A DNA stretch of 63,746 nt, filler included, from Craspedostauros australis (GCA_030167865.1; 16 parts of 16 records of this genome joined end to end with filler, not necessarily neighbours in it), one strand, 5' to 3'; positions 37,026 through 50,900 are shown, numbered from the whole stretch's first letter. Notes: a model not told the origin generated them from the letters alone. Numbers and translations: made by a program.

Positions 37026-40000
37026 ATGCATGATTCATCACCAACAGCAACACCAGCAGCAACAACAGACAATCACAAGCACACACCACCACCACCAGCA
37101 CAGCCATCTACTTTCACACATACAGACCGAACTACCTGGAATCGTCCCCTTCGCACCATGAATCGTGCACTTGGAGGAGCACCGTACTATGGCAGAAGGT
37201 CTCCGCCACACAAACGACATCGTGCTCACGATGGTACCTTTGAGCATCACTCGGGGTACCAGACCAACACACCATCCCCCCACAGACAGGCCTCCAGTTT
37301 TGGGGCATCTGTCCTGCGTGATTCTCAACCGTACTTCTCCCCTCCTGCAATGCCTCCTCTGCCGTCACCAGAGCATCGGATGCCACCACAGTACCTGCCT
37401 CCACCATGGCACGGGGTGCCACACACGCAGGCGCCGCCGTACCTGTATGGAATGCCACCACGATCTTCGCACCCTGTGACATCACCACCCCAGAGCACGT
37501 ATGCGTACAGTGGCAGAGCACATGATCAACATTATCACACCGCATACTCTTCACCACCTGCACCACAATATGCGGCTGGACAAACGTATTGGCAGCAATC
37601 GGCATACAGTGGGTCTCCACTATCGCCATCCCCACTCCGAGCAGAGCCACATACTTCACTTGCTCAACCATATGTGGACACGCAACTGCAGCAGCATTCG
37701 CACATGCAACTGCAGATGCATCTCACGCCACCTGCTACTCACCCCCAGTTCGGATCCGATAATCCTCCAAGTTCCTCTGACGGCAATGCTGTGCACGGAC
37801 TCGAGGTGCTGGCATGTCCATGGCCTCCCGATTTGGCCTGTCCCGCACCTACGATATGTCGATATAGAGATGNNNNNNNNNNNNNNNNNNNNNNNNNNNN
37901 NNNNNNNNNNNNNNNNNNNNNNTCGCACCCTGTGACATCACCACCCCAGAGCACGTATGCGTACAGTGGCAGAGCACATGATCAACATTATCACACCGCA
38001 TACTCTTCACCACCTGCACCACAATATGCGGCTGGACAAACGTATTGGCAGCAATCGGCATACAGTGGGTCTCCACTATCGCCATCCCCACTCCGAGCAG
38101 AGCCACATACTTCACTTGCTCAACCATATGTGGACACGCAACTGCAGCAGCATTCGCACATGCAACTGCAGATGCATCTCACGCCACCTGCTACTCACCC
38201 CCAGTTCGGATCTGATAATCCTCCAAGTTCCTCTGACGGCAATGCGCATTCCACCATGAGTGGAGTTGCCACTGAACCAGGGCAGCGCGATCCGTCGCAA
38301 GAACATGGCGCAGTCGCACACAACAGCCATCAATTCGCCACCCCACCCGCGGTTGCTGCCGGCACCACGACCACCACGACCACCACCACCACAAAGCCAG
38401 GACAGCGCAACCGTTTTGGCATCATGAGGTGTGTCGGATGCAACGAGCACTTCTGTACTCTAGCTTGTTGCTTCCAAGACGGCATTGATTTGGGACTTTG
38501 CATGGACTGCTTTGTTGCATCAGCCATCAGAACCAATGACTTCACGTCCACAGCAGCAGCAACAACAACAACAACACCAACACACGCTGCGACGAACGAA
38601 CCAACCGACCATGCAAGTCTTTAAGTCCAAAACCCCGATCCGCCAACAATGGAAATGGAGGTCATTGACAACCAGACGCTCGATGCAACAGACACCCCGG
38701 CAGGGACCGACACGCCTGTCAAGGACAGCCATCACACCAACAATGACATCGGCAACGGTCATGACCAAACCATCACCAACAACGCAAGCACTGGCGCAGT
38801 TCGTGACGTTGATGTGGCTGAGCAACGTGCTCAGGAGGAGCCGCACGATGAGCCACATGATGATGCTGATGTCCAGGGCGATGTCAAGATCCTCGATGAC
38901 GCAGAGTCGACAGACCCAAGCGCAGACGCGGAGATGATGAGTGTCCTCGAACTCAGGTCCGACGAACAGGAGGGCAGCGGCAACAGCGACGACAACGACA
39001 GCGACTATGACCAAGCCGAAGATAACGGCAACGAATCGGACGCCGATGAAACGATGAAAAGCAAGCTGATCTCTATTCTCGCCGAAGGACAAAGGCACGC
39101 AGCTTATTTGAGAGACTTCCCAAACAACGGCTTCGTGAAGGTCCCAGACAACACCGAATTACAATCACAAATGTGGTCAGTGATCACCCGGGCCTGGAAC
39201 GAATTGAGCGCTGTCGGATCCAGAATACTTTTTTCGAACACGACGCCTCTTCGTCAGCTGAAGGAAGTCATGAAGTTTGTGCGAGAGGACCAACAGTTGC
39301 CATCAACGACATTGGAGGAGACTGTCTGTCTGATGATATTCTTTGGAAGCCACGACGTGGCACAAATGGGACGCGCAATCCTCGCCCACACCTCCAGCCG
39401 CGAAGACTGCGCAAAAATTCTCCGCGGGCACGCAGACAAGCTTTCAGAAGAACAGCGAGCACAGGTCGATTCCATGCGCACGAACCTGTGGCATGTCTGC
39501 TACAACAACGCAATGGAGGATGCAATCAAGCTTCTTGGTGGAGCCGAGTTCCCGCTCAAGGGAAAGCGAACCCGTCTTTGCAAGGAAAAGCTGCAGGAAT
39601 TGATTTCCTTTCTCACCTCAGTCACACACTACAAACCCGGCACATCGCGCTCGGTGAAAATGCATGGCATCGTCTACGAAGGATTGCCTGTGTTTCTGCG
39701 CGGCAAAAACTCCGTGAGAGGGTTGTTCCGCAAGTACAAGATGAGCGTTGAGAACAAGCCGGTGGGGTACAACACATTCCGAGAGATATTCGCGCTCCTG
39801 ACCAGGCGTGGCAAGTGCCAAACGGGCCTGTCTTCCTACTACGTTGACATGATGTAAGTATCAGTGAAGCTTTCGGATATGTTTACGAGACTCGGCGTGT
39901 TGCTGGGCGGCGTTGACAGGAAGAAGGAGCTTGGCGAGGATGACAGCATGAAGGAACTTGACGAGGATGACAGGAGGAAGGAGCTTGGCGAGGATGACAG

Positions 40001-42362
40001 CAGGAAGGAGCTTCGCGACGAGATAGGAAGGATTGTCGAAGATTGGAACGAAATCTTCGCATTTGTCAAGTGGGACTACACCCATTCGCACATGAAGCTT
40101 CGTTCCGTATTCGACATGCTGCATCCGTGTGAATATGCGCTCCGCTCCGACTATGACATCCACACCGAGAAAGTGTGCGAACGTTGCGCAGACATCCACG
40201 ATTTCTTTCCAGTCCGTGTCCAAGAGTTTCTGCGCCGTGCCATCAAGCATGTTCGAGGCGAAGAGAACAGGAAAGAAGTNGAGACGATGTTTGGGGCTGT
40301 CCTTATCTGCCAGGAGCAGCTTCGAGTATACATGAGTCACAAAGTGAGGGCAATGGTCCAATTCNAGGCAATTCGGGAGGAGAAGGAATCTCTGAAGCAC
40401 AATCCGCGCAAGATGATGGTGGTGCTCGATCACAAGCAGAAAATATTGCCTATCTGCAGCAAAGAGGCCCAATCTGAATACTTTGGGAAGAGAGGTATGT
40501 CGTTGCTGGGTGTGATGACAATTACGTTTGAAGATGGTGCCTATCACTATCGTTTCGTGGATCTGCTCATCAAAACCTACCATTCACAGGACCAGGTGCA
40601 GGTTGCTGGAGCGCTCAAGTTGCTCATGACGAAGATCCTGCCCAAGATGCACCCTGATCGGACAGAAATCGTGATACAAAGTGACAATGCTAGCTGCTTC
40701 TCGAGTCCGTCGCTGATGCGATACATTCATGGGCGGAATCGCGGGGAGGAGGGCGTCGCATTCAATCCCGAAGCCGAGGATCCCAAGACAGAAGAAGTCT
40801 ATGCTGCGGCCAAAGCGGAGGTGGAGACCATCAACAGCGCCAACGCACTGCCCAGACCATCTCATCAAATCATCCGATGGCTGTTTACGGAGGCCCAGAC
40901 AGGCAAGGGCCTGCTGGATGCGCACTTCAGCTACATCAATAAAGGTCTCACTTGGTACATTGACGGATCCGAAAACGGTAAATCACAAACGGAAGAGCAT
41001 GTGTTCAATATTCTTGTGGGGAAGCAGATCAAAGGCAGCGTGACGTTGCTGTTGGAGGGAAAAGACCTGCAAGCGCCGCTTCTGTTCCCAGTCGATCCAA
41101 CGCGCAAAACAACATTCTCCACCACCATCCCACCCAAAACTCGCGCCACGCATGAGTTGGATTTTCGTAACGGCAGTGTCAAAGTCACGGCGTCGTCGGA
41201 TGTATCAGATCCAGTGTTGGTGGACAAGCACCTCGACAAGTACTACATGCAGAACCTCGAGATGAGCATTTTGAAGGGCACGGTGGAGCCAGTGGAGGCT
41301 GCGTTCGTCATCAAGCCAGGAGGAGCCAAGAAATCAACGAAGCAGGCGGCGAAAGCCACTGCAGCAGCAGCCGACAACTCCACGAATCAGGCAGCACATT
41401 CCATCCCTGCAGCAGCCGACGACTCCACGAATCAGGCTGCACATTCCACCCCGGCAGCAGCCACACAATCCACGGAGCAAGCAGCGCAATCCACCCAGGC
41501 AGCAGCCAACGAATCTACGGAAGATGCTGCTCGATCCACCCAGGCAGCAGCAACACAATCCACGGAGCAAGCGGCGCCCTCCACCCAGGCAGCAGCCGCT
41601 CAATCCACCTCGACGGCATCCAACGCATCTACGGAACATGCTGCTCAACCCACGGAGGTTGCGGCCGCCCATTCCATCCAGGCGACAGCCAACGAATGTA
41701 CGGAAGTTGCTGCTCGAACCACCCAGATAGCAGCCGCACAATCCACAGAGCAGGTCGTGCAATCCACCTCGGCAGCACCCAACAATTCTTCGGAAGATGC
41801 TGCTCAATCCACCCAGGCAACAGCCACACAATCCACAGAGCAAGCAGCGCAATCCACCAAGAAGCCAACTAGCTCGAAACGAAAGAGAGGCGAGGACCGC
41901 ACCAAAACAATAGACTGGCGTAAGGGTGTGAGGAAGCGTGCAATGGAAGAAGTGGTCCCGCCTCGTTCATCATACAAGGACGGCGCAACAAAAGATGCCC
42001 CAGCCAATTGTCGAGCTGGTTGGGCGAAGACCTTCCAAGACAAGCCGAAACTCACCACAGCTCAGAAAGCCGCGGCATCGTCCGAGAAGGCACCCCTCAT
42101 GTCGAGGGCGGTCGCAGAGATCATTTGTCGGGCGAAGATCGATGGTGAGAAAGATAAAGACAAACGAGAGACGGCGTACGTCGTGTACGATGCCTTGCTG
42201 AAAGGACCTCTGATTGCTGATTGGGAAGGACGCATGAAGACAACCATAGCATTCATCAAATCATTCCTGGCAGGTCCAGTGAAGCGTGCGATAACGTACT
42301 TGAAAGAGCTAGAGAAATTGGACAAATGCGAACAAAGAGAACAACAAGGAATACGAGGTTGA
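37026..42362 (+). pseudogene. Very large Sola-like DDD transposase, copy B; one frame broken by in-frame TAA at 38622 and 39855
   Basis: ORFs ending 38624, 38649..39857 and 39864..42362 are in frame. VLDHKQKILP..EAQSEYFGKRGMSLLG, QSDNASCF, WLFTEAQTGKGLLDAHF. A ~320-nt segment is duplicated across the N gap. Confidence 0.8.
41340..41860 (+). repeat. Coding tandem repeat, ~45-nt / 15-aa unit (AATQSTEQAAQSTQA-like), about 11 copies
   Basis: Visible in the translation of 39864..42362. Confidence 0.85.
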
Positions 42363-44632
42363 AGAGGAGGACATGATACCGTTGGACATTGTGGAAGCCG
42401 ATCAAAATCTGATGGAGTTGACCGACCCGGACACCTGGGCAGGAGGAGACCCAAATGATCCGGATTATGATGAGAGCGGCATCCTTGTTCTGCATGGTGG
42501 TATGGTGCTTGAAAGCGAGGAAGAATCGCCTGCTTCCGGTTGAACAAAAGCCGATGGCGAGGAGTACAATAATGGTCCCATTTCCAGATCTGTCCAATTC
42601 ACGTAAACAAGCCAATGGATAACGATCACATCAGCAGCGAACAACACAGATGATGATTTGTGTTGTATTGTGTTCTGTTTTGTCTTGTGTGGTAGTCTAC
42701 ATACCAATACAACGTATAGTGCGCTTTTTATTGTTGTTTGATCAACATGGCCGGAGGTGGGGACGATGCTGCATTCTCCGCTTTCGTCGCCAGATTTTGA
42801 ACGGAGAGCAACGCCCTCTCTCTAGCTTGATTTGCGGAGCCTTCTCTTGTTTTTGTTCGTGATTTCCTCCTCCTGAAAACAATTTTTTTGGTAGCGGTAA
42901 TCGTGGTATAAATTTTATTACATATGACTTTCCATTTGTTCCCGTGTTGTACTGCAGTCACGGAAACAGAGCTCGCGTATTCCATGAAACCTCGCACGGA
43001 TTGACGTGCTTTGTCGTGCTCAAATTCTCAACGAGACGTAGAAGCACAAGGAACAAACCAGGTAACATGAAACTGTATGCGGATTTGTTCATTAAATGTT
43101 CAACTTCACTAAACCCCAAAGGTCCAAACAACGAAACCCACACAAACACACGACAATGGCGTCCCAAAACCACAACCAAGAGCAGCCATCAAATATGCCG
43201 CAAGTACCACACCTCCATATGGACTTCCAAGCACGTCGACGGATCTGAAATCTTACAGATTATGGATACGTGTGGTATCGCATGTATAACCCAGCGGTGG
43301 ACGGAGATATATCGAACGGAATCAGAACCATCGTTTTGACGCAACATCTGCTCCAAGGAAAAGAGCCTGTATGATCGAGACAGACCATTCCGACCACCAT
43401 TGATGCGCAAGATGTATGGAATGGATCATGATGGAGGTACCCACGAAGTTTGGCGTCCATCCGGCGGTGGATACGTCGTCGTCAACAAGCAAAAGTGGTT
43501 TCCAAGAGTTTTTGGGGGTAGGGGCGGCACCCGATGCCCGTCGCTTGGGACCGGGCGCTACACCACACATCTACGACATGGACACACCGCCCATACAAGA
43601 AGCACTCAGAGTCACTTGGGAGATCGGTTGAGTAATATTCCAGTGAGAACTTCCAATGTTTACCAGGATCATTCTCGACGCCAACGACGGGAGGTTGGTT
43701 TTGGAGCATCGAACAATTCGAGAGTGGCATTCGCAAAACCAAGCCGCCCGTCATGGGTATCCACTCGCCAGCCCTTTCGGCCGCGCCACTATGTTGCCTG
43801 GATCCTACTGGATCCGGGATGCTGCATGGCGGTAGCAACGAAGGTCGGATGCATGAAATGTCTTGATTGCATGACAGAGGACCGGAGTTTTTCGCCTGGT
43901 GTCGAAACTCCAGATTTCCACATATCGCAAGCTGGAGAGAGAACAATGAGCAAACCTGGCACAATACATGCCCAGCCAATGGATACGAAAGCGTTCAGAG
44001 CGATAGGATGCTCGGATACGATGGATGTGACGGGGATGGGCATGATCATGGACCATGAAGCAGGGGTGTCCCCTAGAGTTTTTGGACATCACAACACGTA
44101 GTCGTACGGACCGAAATGGCAATACAAATAATGTTGATTAAAGTGCGACGTTCACTCTCGTCAAAAGTCCAGCATTCACATGATACGCTCAGTTTATGGT
44201 TCAAATGAGATGGTGTATCGTATCGGTATGTATTAGTGCGTTTTGCATGGCATCACCAGGGGTTTGCTGTTGCTGGTTTGGAGTTGTTCTCGTGATTGCC
44301 GTCCGCAAAGCACAACAGGATCACGCAGTTGGATGAAAAACTCTCGTGGCTGTTGTTGCAGTTCAACAGGAATCAGATGGAACTACTGATACGATAGAAT
44401 AGAGTATAATAGAAGATAATTGAATATACTAGGGTATACTACAGTATTATACGTACGTACGTGTGGTTGAATTAGCTGTTGCAATGAAGTGTTTCCATCA
44501 TTTACCAGCGTTGTTCAGAGAACAAGTCCGTGCATCAAAGATGAGTTTTATTTCTATACTTACCTGTGAATGATCCTGTCGATGCAGGTAGTGCTGTCAC
44601 CATCAACTCAACCGTCGACGTCTCACAATGCA

Positions 44633-45379
44633 TGTTGGAAATCCGGGGTTATAGTTAGTACTAAGATCTAATCTGCTGTTAGAAACTGTACCGTTTTAGA
44701 ACTGTGAGCACAATCTCACTTTCTCTTCCGATTTCGTTTTCTTGACAGGCATCTGTCGCGGTAACGACACGGGGCATCCTGTTGTTTCTTAGGTGCTTCC
44801 CTCTTCGTTCATCATGCTCTGTTCTTGCTTCCTTGTCTCTGCATCGTCGTAGCTGTCTACGCTTGCATGGTAGGGATCTGCANTCTTGAGCANTTGCCTA
44901 TCTCATGTTTNCGTCGTTGATTCNCATGACACCGTCGTCTCATGATCGATGTCATCTTTGGTGATGTTCCAAACCTGCGGATATTCTGATCCTTTCTGAT
45001 GTTCCAAACCTGCGGATGTTCTTGTCCGCAGGGGAGGCATGTGCTGTCCTCTGAAGAAGGTGCGTCACCTGCCCATGGACATGTTGTTCTGATCGACGTC
45101 GTCGTCTGGATGGTTGCCATGGTTGGCGTGGTATCGGGACCTCCTGATCCGCCGTGGGTGTCTTCCTTACNNNNNNNNNNNNNNNNNNNNNNNNNNNNNN
45201 NNNNNNNNNNNNNNNNNNNNNNNNNNNNNNNNNNNNNNNNNNNNNNNNNNNNNNNNNNNNNNNNNNNNNNNNNNNNNNNNNNNNNNNNNNNNNNNNNNNN
45301 NNCAAAGCTGTGACGAACAATGTTGGGAGGTGCGGCAATTACGGGTATTCCGACAAAGTCGTACCCTCAATTCCTAACA
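44633..45379 (-). mobile_element. LTR family 2 (TGTTGGAAATCC...AATTCCTAACA), probably the 3' LTR of a minus-strand Copia
   Basis: Imperfect inverted termini; same first 17 nt as 59523; on the minus strand it is preceded by purine-rich GGAAGGG and a reading KNHFIQLRSAMD* that resembles an RNase H end. Confidence 0.65.
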
Positions 45380-45916
45380 CCCTTCCATTGTCGCATCGAC
45401 AACATAATATCCATCATCACCGTCCTTCTCTCTCACCTTTCGCCTTACTCCCTTTAATCCATTGCAGACCGCAGTTGGATGAAGTGATTCTTNNNNNNNN
45501 NNNNNNNNNNNNNNNNNNNNNNNNNNNNNNNNNNNNTTAATTAATTAANNNNNNNNNNNNNNNNNNNNNNNNNNNNNNNNNNNNNNNNNNNNAAGCTGGT
45601 GGTGATCATCTGTACGGAAAGCGTCGGGGCAGATGGATGGGATGTTCTGAGCAATGAAACAATAGTGCCATACTAATGGACGAGGTAGTGTGGATGAGGC
45701 TGAGAGCTTGTTCCGATTTCCTCGCAAGCACAAACATTTCCTAATTGATGGCGTGTGCTCGTCGTCTCTCCGCGATTGACTTGTGTTCGCGTGAGAGCAA
45801 AATGTGAGCCACTGCTCTGCGCCGAGAACTGGTGTCCATTTGCAAGAGAACTGCGCATCCCGATTCACAAGTCGAGCAACAAATCGCGCACACTCCAGAC
45901 TACATTCGTCACTTTC

Positions 45917-46040
45917 CGATACGATACGATACGATACGATACGATACGATATGATACGACACGACATGACATGACATGACATGACATGACATGACATGAC
46001 ATGACATGACATGACATGACATGACATGACATGACATGAC
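45917..46040 (+). repeat. Compound pentanucleotide microsatellite (CGATA)n grading into (GACAT)n
   Basis: Direct reading. Confidence 0.95.
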
Positions 46041-47923
46041 ACACTACTAATACCAGCACCATACGTATTGGATAGATTGATGAATGGATGGATGGAGCTG
46101 TGATCATCCCAAGGATACCGTATCGACACACTTGGCGACAAACCATAGTCGCCGTATTGGTACCATCGCAGGACATGGTGCAGATACGCGGAGCAAACGC
46201 CGGTACGTGCAGCCACAAATTGCTACACGCAACTGTGAAAGGGAATGGCGCAAGTCACTGATTAGCTCATGAGCAGAAGTCAGCACATTTGCTCTTGGAG
46301 TCAGTCCAGTTGTACCAGACAATGTTACCAGCATCATGGAGATTGCATTGTACTTGGAGCAGAGCATTTGGGATCGATCATTCAAGAATCTTATTCCATT
46401 CGGCATGGCGCTTGGTGTCGGCGGCGATGGTGTCCAGGTAGCATTCTGTGGCAATTCTGCAGGTGCCCCCTTGTGCCTACTCTAGCAATCCACTGATTAC
46501 ATTCTTATCATTGAAAGACAGGTGTGCTCATACACTAGACAGTGTACGACAGCACCATCATACCNNNNNNNNNNNNNNNNNNNNNNNNNNNNNNNNNNNN
46601 NNNNNNNNNNNNNNNNNNNNNNNNNNNNNNNNNNNNNNNNNNNNNNNNNNNNNNNNNNNNNNNNNNNNNNNNNNNNNNNNNNNNNNNNNNNNNNNNNNNA
46701 TCTACTGAATTTTTCAATAGTGGTATACGATGTTGTTGTGTGCGTAGCACAATTGCAAACATTACTGCATTCATCCTTTGCACAATCCTCTCCGTTGGAT
46801 GAACTCCATACCTTGATTTCAACGCTGCCGACATACCCACCCACCAATACAATGCATGCGATTCACCCTGTGCTATTTTTAGTTCGGCGCGTTGTGTTGC
46901 CGGATTCTCGTTTTCTCTGGTGTTATTTCTCACGATAAAGTTGCAATATCTTCCCCCTTCCGCTGCGTTCACGGACTCCATCGGTTTCGACAGCCACATG
47001 CCCGGACTGCCGTCGTCTTCTTCGTCTTGTCGTCTACTTTGTAGTCGTTCAATTTCATTTCGCAATTCCGCCTGGTGCTATTTCTATGCCAACAAAAGCA
47101 TACCTATGCCGGGACCCCGTGTTATTCCTCACGATAAAATTGTTGCACCCTCACCTGAACGTTTCCATCACGCATTCTATCAGTTTCGACGTCTGGAGGG
47201 ACGAACCACTCTCGTCCCCTCCGCCTCATTGTTTACTTTGTAGTCGTCCAATTGTTATTTCGCAATTCCGTTTGGTGCTATTTCTATCCCACCAAATCCA
47301 TACCCATGCAAATTCCGCTCCGTCGTCATGCACCTTCTGGAGGGCATCGTCAGTGTCATGTACGATTGCCGCGATTGAGGTGAGTCTATGCCATTCCAGT
47401 TGCATCAACCATTCATGTTACTCAATACTGTATGGTGTTTGGCTGATGGGAAAGGGGAGGTTGGGCCTGAGCGATCTACACGCTCCGAATTGATGTTGCT
47501 CGCAATCCTCTTGCGAGGGCTCCGGACTCCGGCAGACAGTTTGTTGACTTTCAATTGCTCGCGGATCCGTGTGGTGTTGGCCTTTTCGAATTCCACCAAT
47601 GGAAGGAGATGAACATGACATTCATACATCAGGTTGCGCAGGTTTGCGGATGACGCGGATGCTGGAGATGGTGCGGGGCATGATTTCCTACCGCTTGGCA
47701 TCACGAGGCCAACGACTCAAGCAACAGAATTGACGATCGGCGACGGCAGTGGACAAATTGCAGCGGCTCCTGAAATATGTGGAACCACGGACGCGTTCCT
47801 GCACCATTGTGAGCGCTGCGCTTNNNNNNNNNNNNNNNNNNNNNNNNNNNNNNNNNNNNNNNNNNNNTTAATTAATTAANNNNNNNNNNNNNNNNNNNNN
47901 NNNNNNNNNNNNNNNNNNNNNNN

Positions 47924-50900
47924 AGGCGCGACCTTCAACAACGAGTGTGACATTGAGATCCTAGGCAACCACGAGCAAAATTGCACACTCAATGCAACCA
48001 ACGAGAAGCTCTTCGTCTGTGTGCACATCACCACCAATAATGGCATGATTCTTGACACCTCCAAGGTCACAGTCCAGGCCTTTGGACAGGGCTCCAATGC
48101 TGGGACAAAAGTGCATGTCAAAGTCTGCGTCCCGACTCCTCCAGCTTTCCCCGCACCCCTTCCCACACTGACTATCCAACCAGCAAAGAAAGGCAAGTGC
48201 ATCCAATGCCGCAAGGCTGGCGACAACGAAGCCTTCCGCCCCAAGGGACGCAACAAAATCAAGAGCAGGAAATCAAATGCGGGAAGATTCCAAAACAAAT
48301 ACAACACGAACAAGAGAGATGCGTTTGAAACCATCCACAATGTTTGCAAGAGCTTGGAGTGAAGAACCTTGCGACTGTGCTGACCAAATTTCCTCATTGC
48401 GGATTTGTATTGGGGCGCAAATCCAACAAGCAAGTGTGAAGCAAAGCGAAGAAGATCTTCGCAGTGGCCTCCAATGCGCTGTGGAAAGCGCTGATCCCAG
48501 CCATGACCTTGCCAGTTCCGCAGATGGAGCAAGTGGTGGCGTTCGTGCGCGCGGGGGTAGACTTGCCACCTATCAAGCTGGCTCCCAACCTCTACGCGAT
48601 TTGCCTCGTCGGCAAGAAAAACATTGCACGCAAAGCAAGGTGCATTCTTGCCATGTCTGTCTNNNNNNNNNNNTGTACTAACCTCCTCTCGCGACACAAG
48701 AGCGAACTTCCTGACGATCAGCGTCTTCGCCTCTTGCCAGAGCAATACACCATCACACGAGGCCAGCTCCTCACTCTGCGCAACTACTACGAGCTCTTGC
48801 GCGAGGGCAATGTGCTTGGTGCTGCTGTTCACGACTATCGTGTCAGCACATACAGCTTGGCCGGCATGGCGTCCTTCATCAGCAACACAACCACATACAA
48901 GGTGGGCCTTTGTCACACTATCAAATTGGGAGGGGTGATATTTGAAAACGTGCCNNNNNNNNNNNNNNNNNNNNNNNNNNNNNNNNNNNNNNNNNNNNNN
49001 NNNNGCACAACACGAACAAGAGAGATGCGTTTGAAACCATCCACAAGGTTTGCAAGAGCTTGGAGTGAAGAACCTTGCGACTGTGCTGGCCGACTTGCCG
49101 CGTTACGGGTTTGTGTTGGGGCACAATTCCGACAAGCAAGTGTGGAGCAAAGCGAAGAAGATCTTCGCGGTGGCCTCCAATGCGCTGTGGAAAGCGCTGA
49201 TTCTGGCAATGAACTTGCCANNNNNNNNNNNNNNNNNNNNNNNNNNNNNNNNNNNNNNNNNNNNNNNNNNNNNNNNNNNNNNNNNNNNNNNNNNNNNNNN
49301 NNNNNNNNNNNNNNNNNNNNNNNNNNNNNNNNNNNNNNNNNNNNNNNNNNNNNNNNNNNNNNNNNNNNNNNNNNNNNNNTGTACTAACCTCCTCTCGCGA
49401 CACAAGAGCGAACTTCCTGACGATCAGCGTCTTCGCCTCTTGCCAGAGCAATACACCATCACACGAGGCCAGCTCCTCACTCTGCGCAACTACTACGAGC
49501 TCTTGCGCGAGGGCAATGTGCTTGGTGCTGCTGTTCACGACTATCGTGTCAGCACATACAGCTTGGCNNNNNNNNNGTCCTTCATCAGCAACACAACCAC
49601 ATACAAGGTGGGCCTTTGTCACACTATCAAATTGGGAGGGGTGATATTTGAAAACGTGCCAGTATTCGAATGTGGCAGAACAAGCGTAGACGAGCTGTTC
49701 CACATGTACAAGATTACGACAAACAATCCAGTCAGCAAGCCAGCATTCTGAGCAATGACAGGCCTGCTCACACGCAGAGACAAAGTGGTTACTGGTCTCT
49801 CCTCTTTCGAAAACTACTTCTGGATGGCAATGAAGACGTTGAAGGAGATGCTCATGCGCTTGAATACCCTACTCGAGGATTCATTCAACAGTGATGACGG
49901 ACACGACGACCTAACCATGGAGTATATTCAAACCTGTGAGACATTGGTGTGCAATCTGGACCTAATGATCACATGCCTCAAGTGGGAGTATACTGCGTCG
50001 CACATGCAGATCAAGTGCAAAGAAGACTGCATGCACTGCGCTCTTTTCGCGCTTCGCCGCGATCCAAAAACGCGACAGGCTAAATCTACACTCAACACCA
50101 CCACCACAGCACCTGCCAGCACCGATATGACATGCGTGGTCATTCATCCTCCCACAACAACAACAGAGTGTGATGCCAATGCCATTTCTCCCATCACTCA
50201 TGATCAACAAGGCAAAGTATGCGACAGATGTGGAGACGCGATGCGATTCATGGATGTTCGCGTCGCACCATTCATCGAGACGCTCAAGGCCGATCATCTT
50301 GGCGACCATGAGGATGAATTAGGCAGTATGCTGGAGGCGGTACTGGGCTTCTACAATTAGATCACTGTGTACATGGCACACCAAGTGAGAGCAAAGGTCC
50401 AATTCAATCAGATGAACAAGTACAAGGCCAAGCTCAACAACAATGACAAGTGCACCTATGTCGTCATCAACCATAAGCAGAAGATTCTGCTGACAGCACA
50501 AGGAAAATTGCAGACAGAGTACTGGGGCAAGAAGGGCATGTCGCTCCTTGGTGTTATGATTGTCACTTGCAAAGATGACAAATTCACGTATCGCTTTGTT
50601 GATATAATTGTTCATGACCTGCCAACCCAAGACACACTTAAAGTTGGTGGGCTTCTCAAAGCCATCCAAAAGAAGGTACGCGATCTCCTACCATTGGTGA
50701 CAGAAATCATCATGCAGTCAGACAACGCTGGCTGCTTTGCCAGCCACAAGCACATCGTGCTCGTCTCATCACGGATCAACAAGAATGTGTCATGCAACAG
50801 ACTTCCCCAATTTGTCATTTGGATCTACACAGAAGCCCAAACCGGCAAAGGGCGAATCGACACTCACTTCGCCTACATCACTATCGTACTACGATCCTAT

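Noticed and set aside
39854..39864. Intron starting at GTAAGT that would remove the stop in copy B
   Set aside because: The protein aligns without gaps to copies A and C across this point, and the nearest AG would give only an 11-nt intron
43400..44101. 233-aa ORF downstream of transposase copy B as an accessory gene
   Set aside because: Non-ATG start call, no motif, and no counterpart next to copy A
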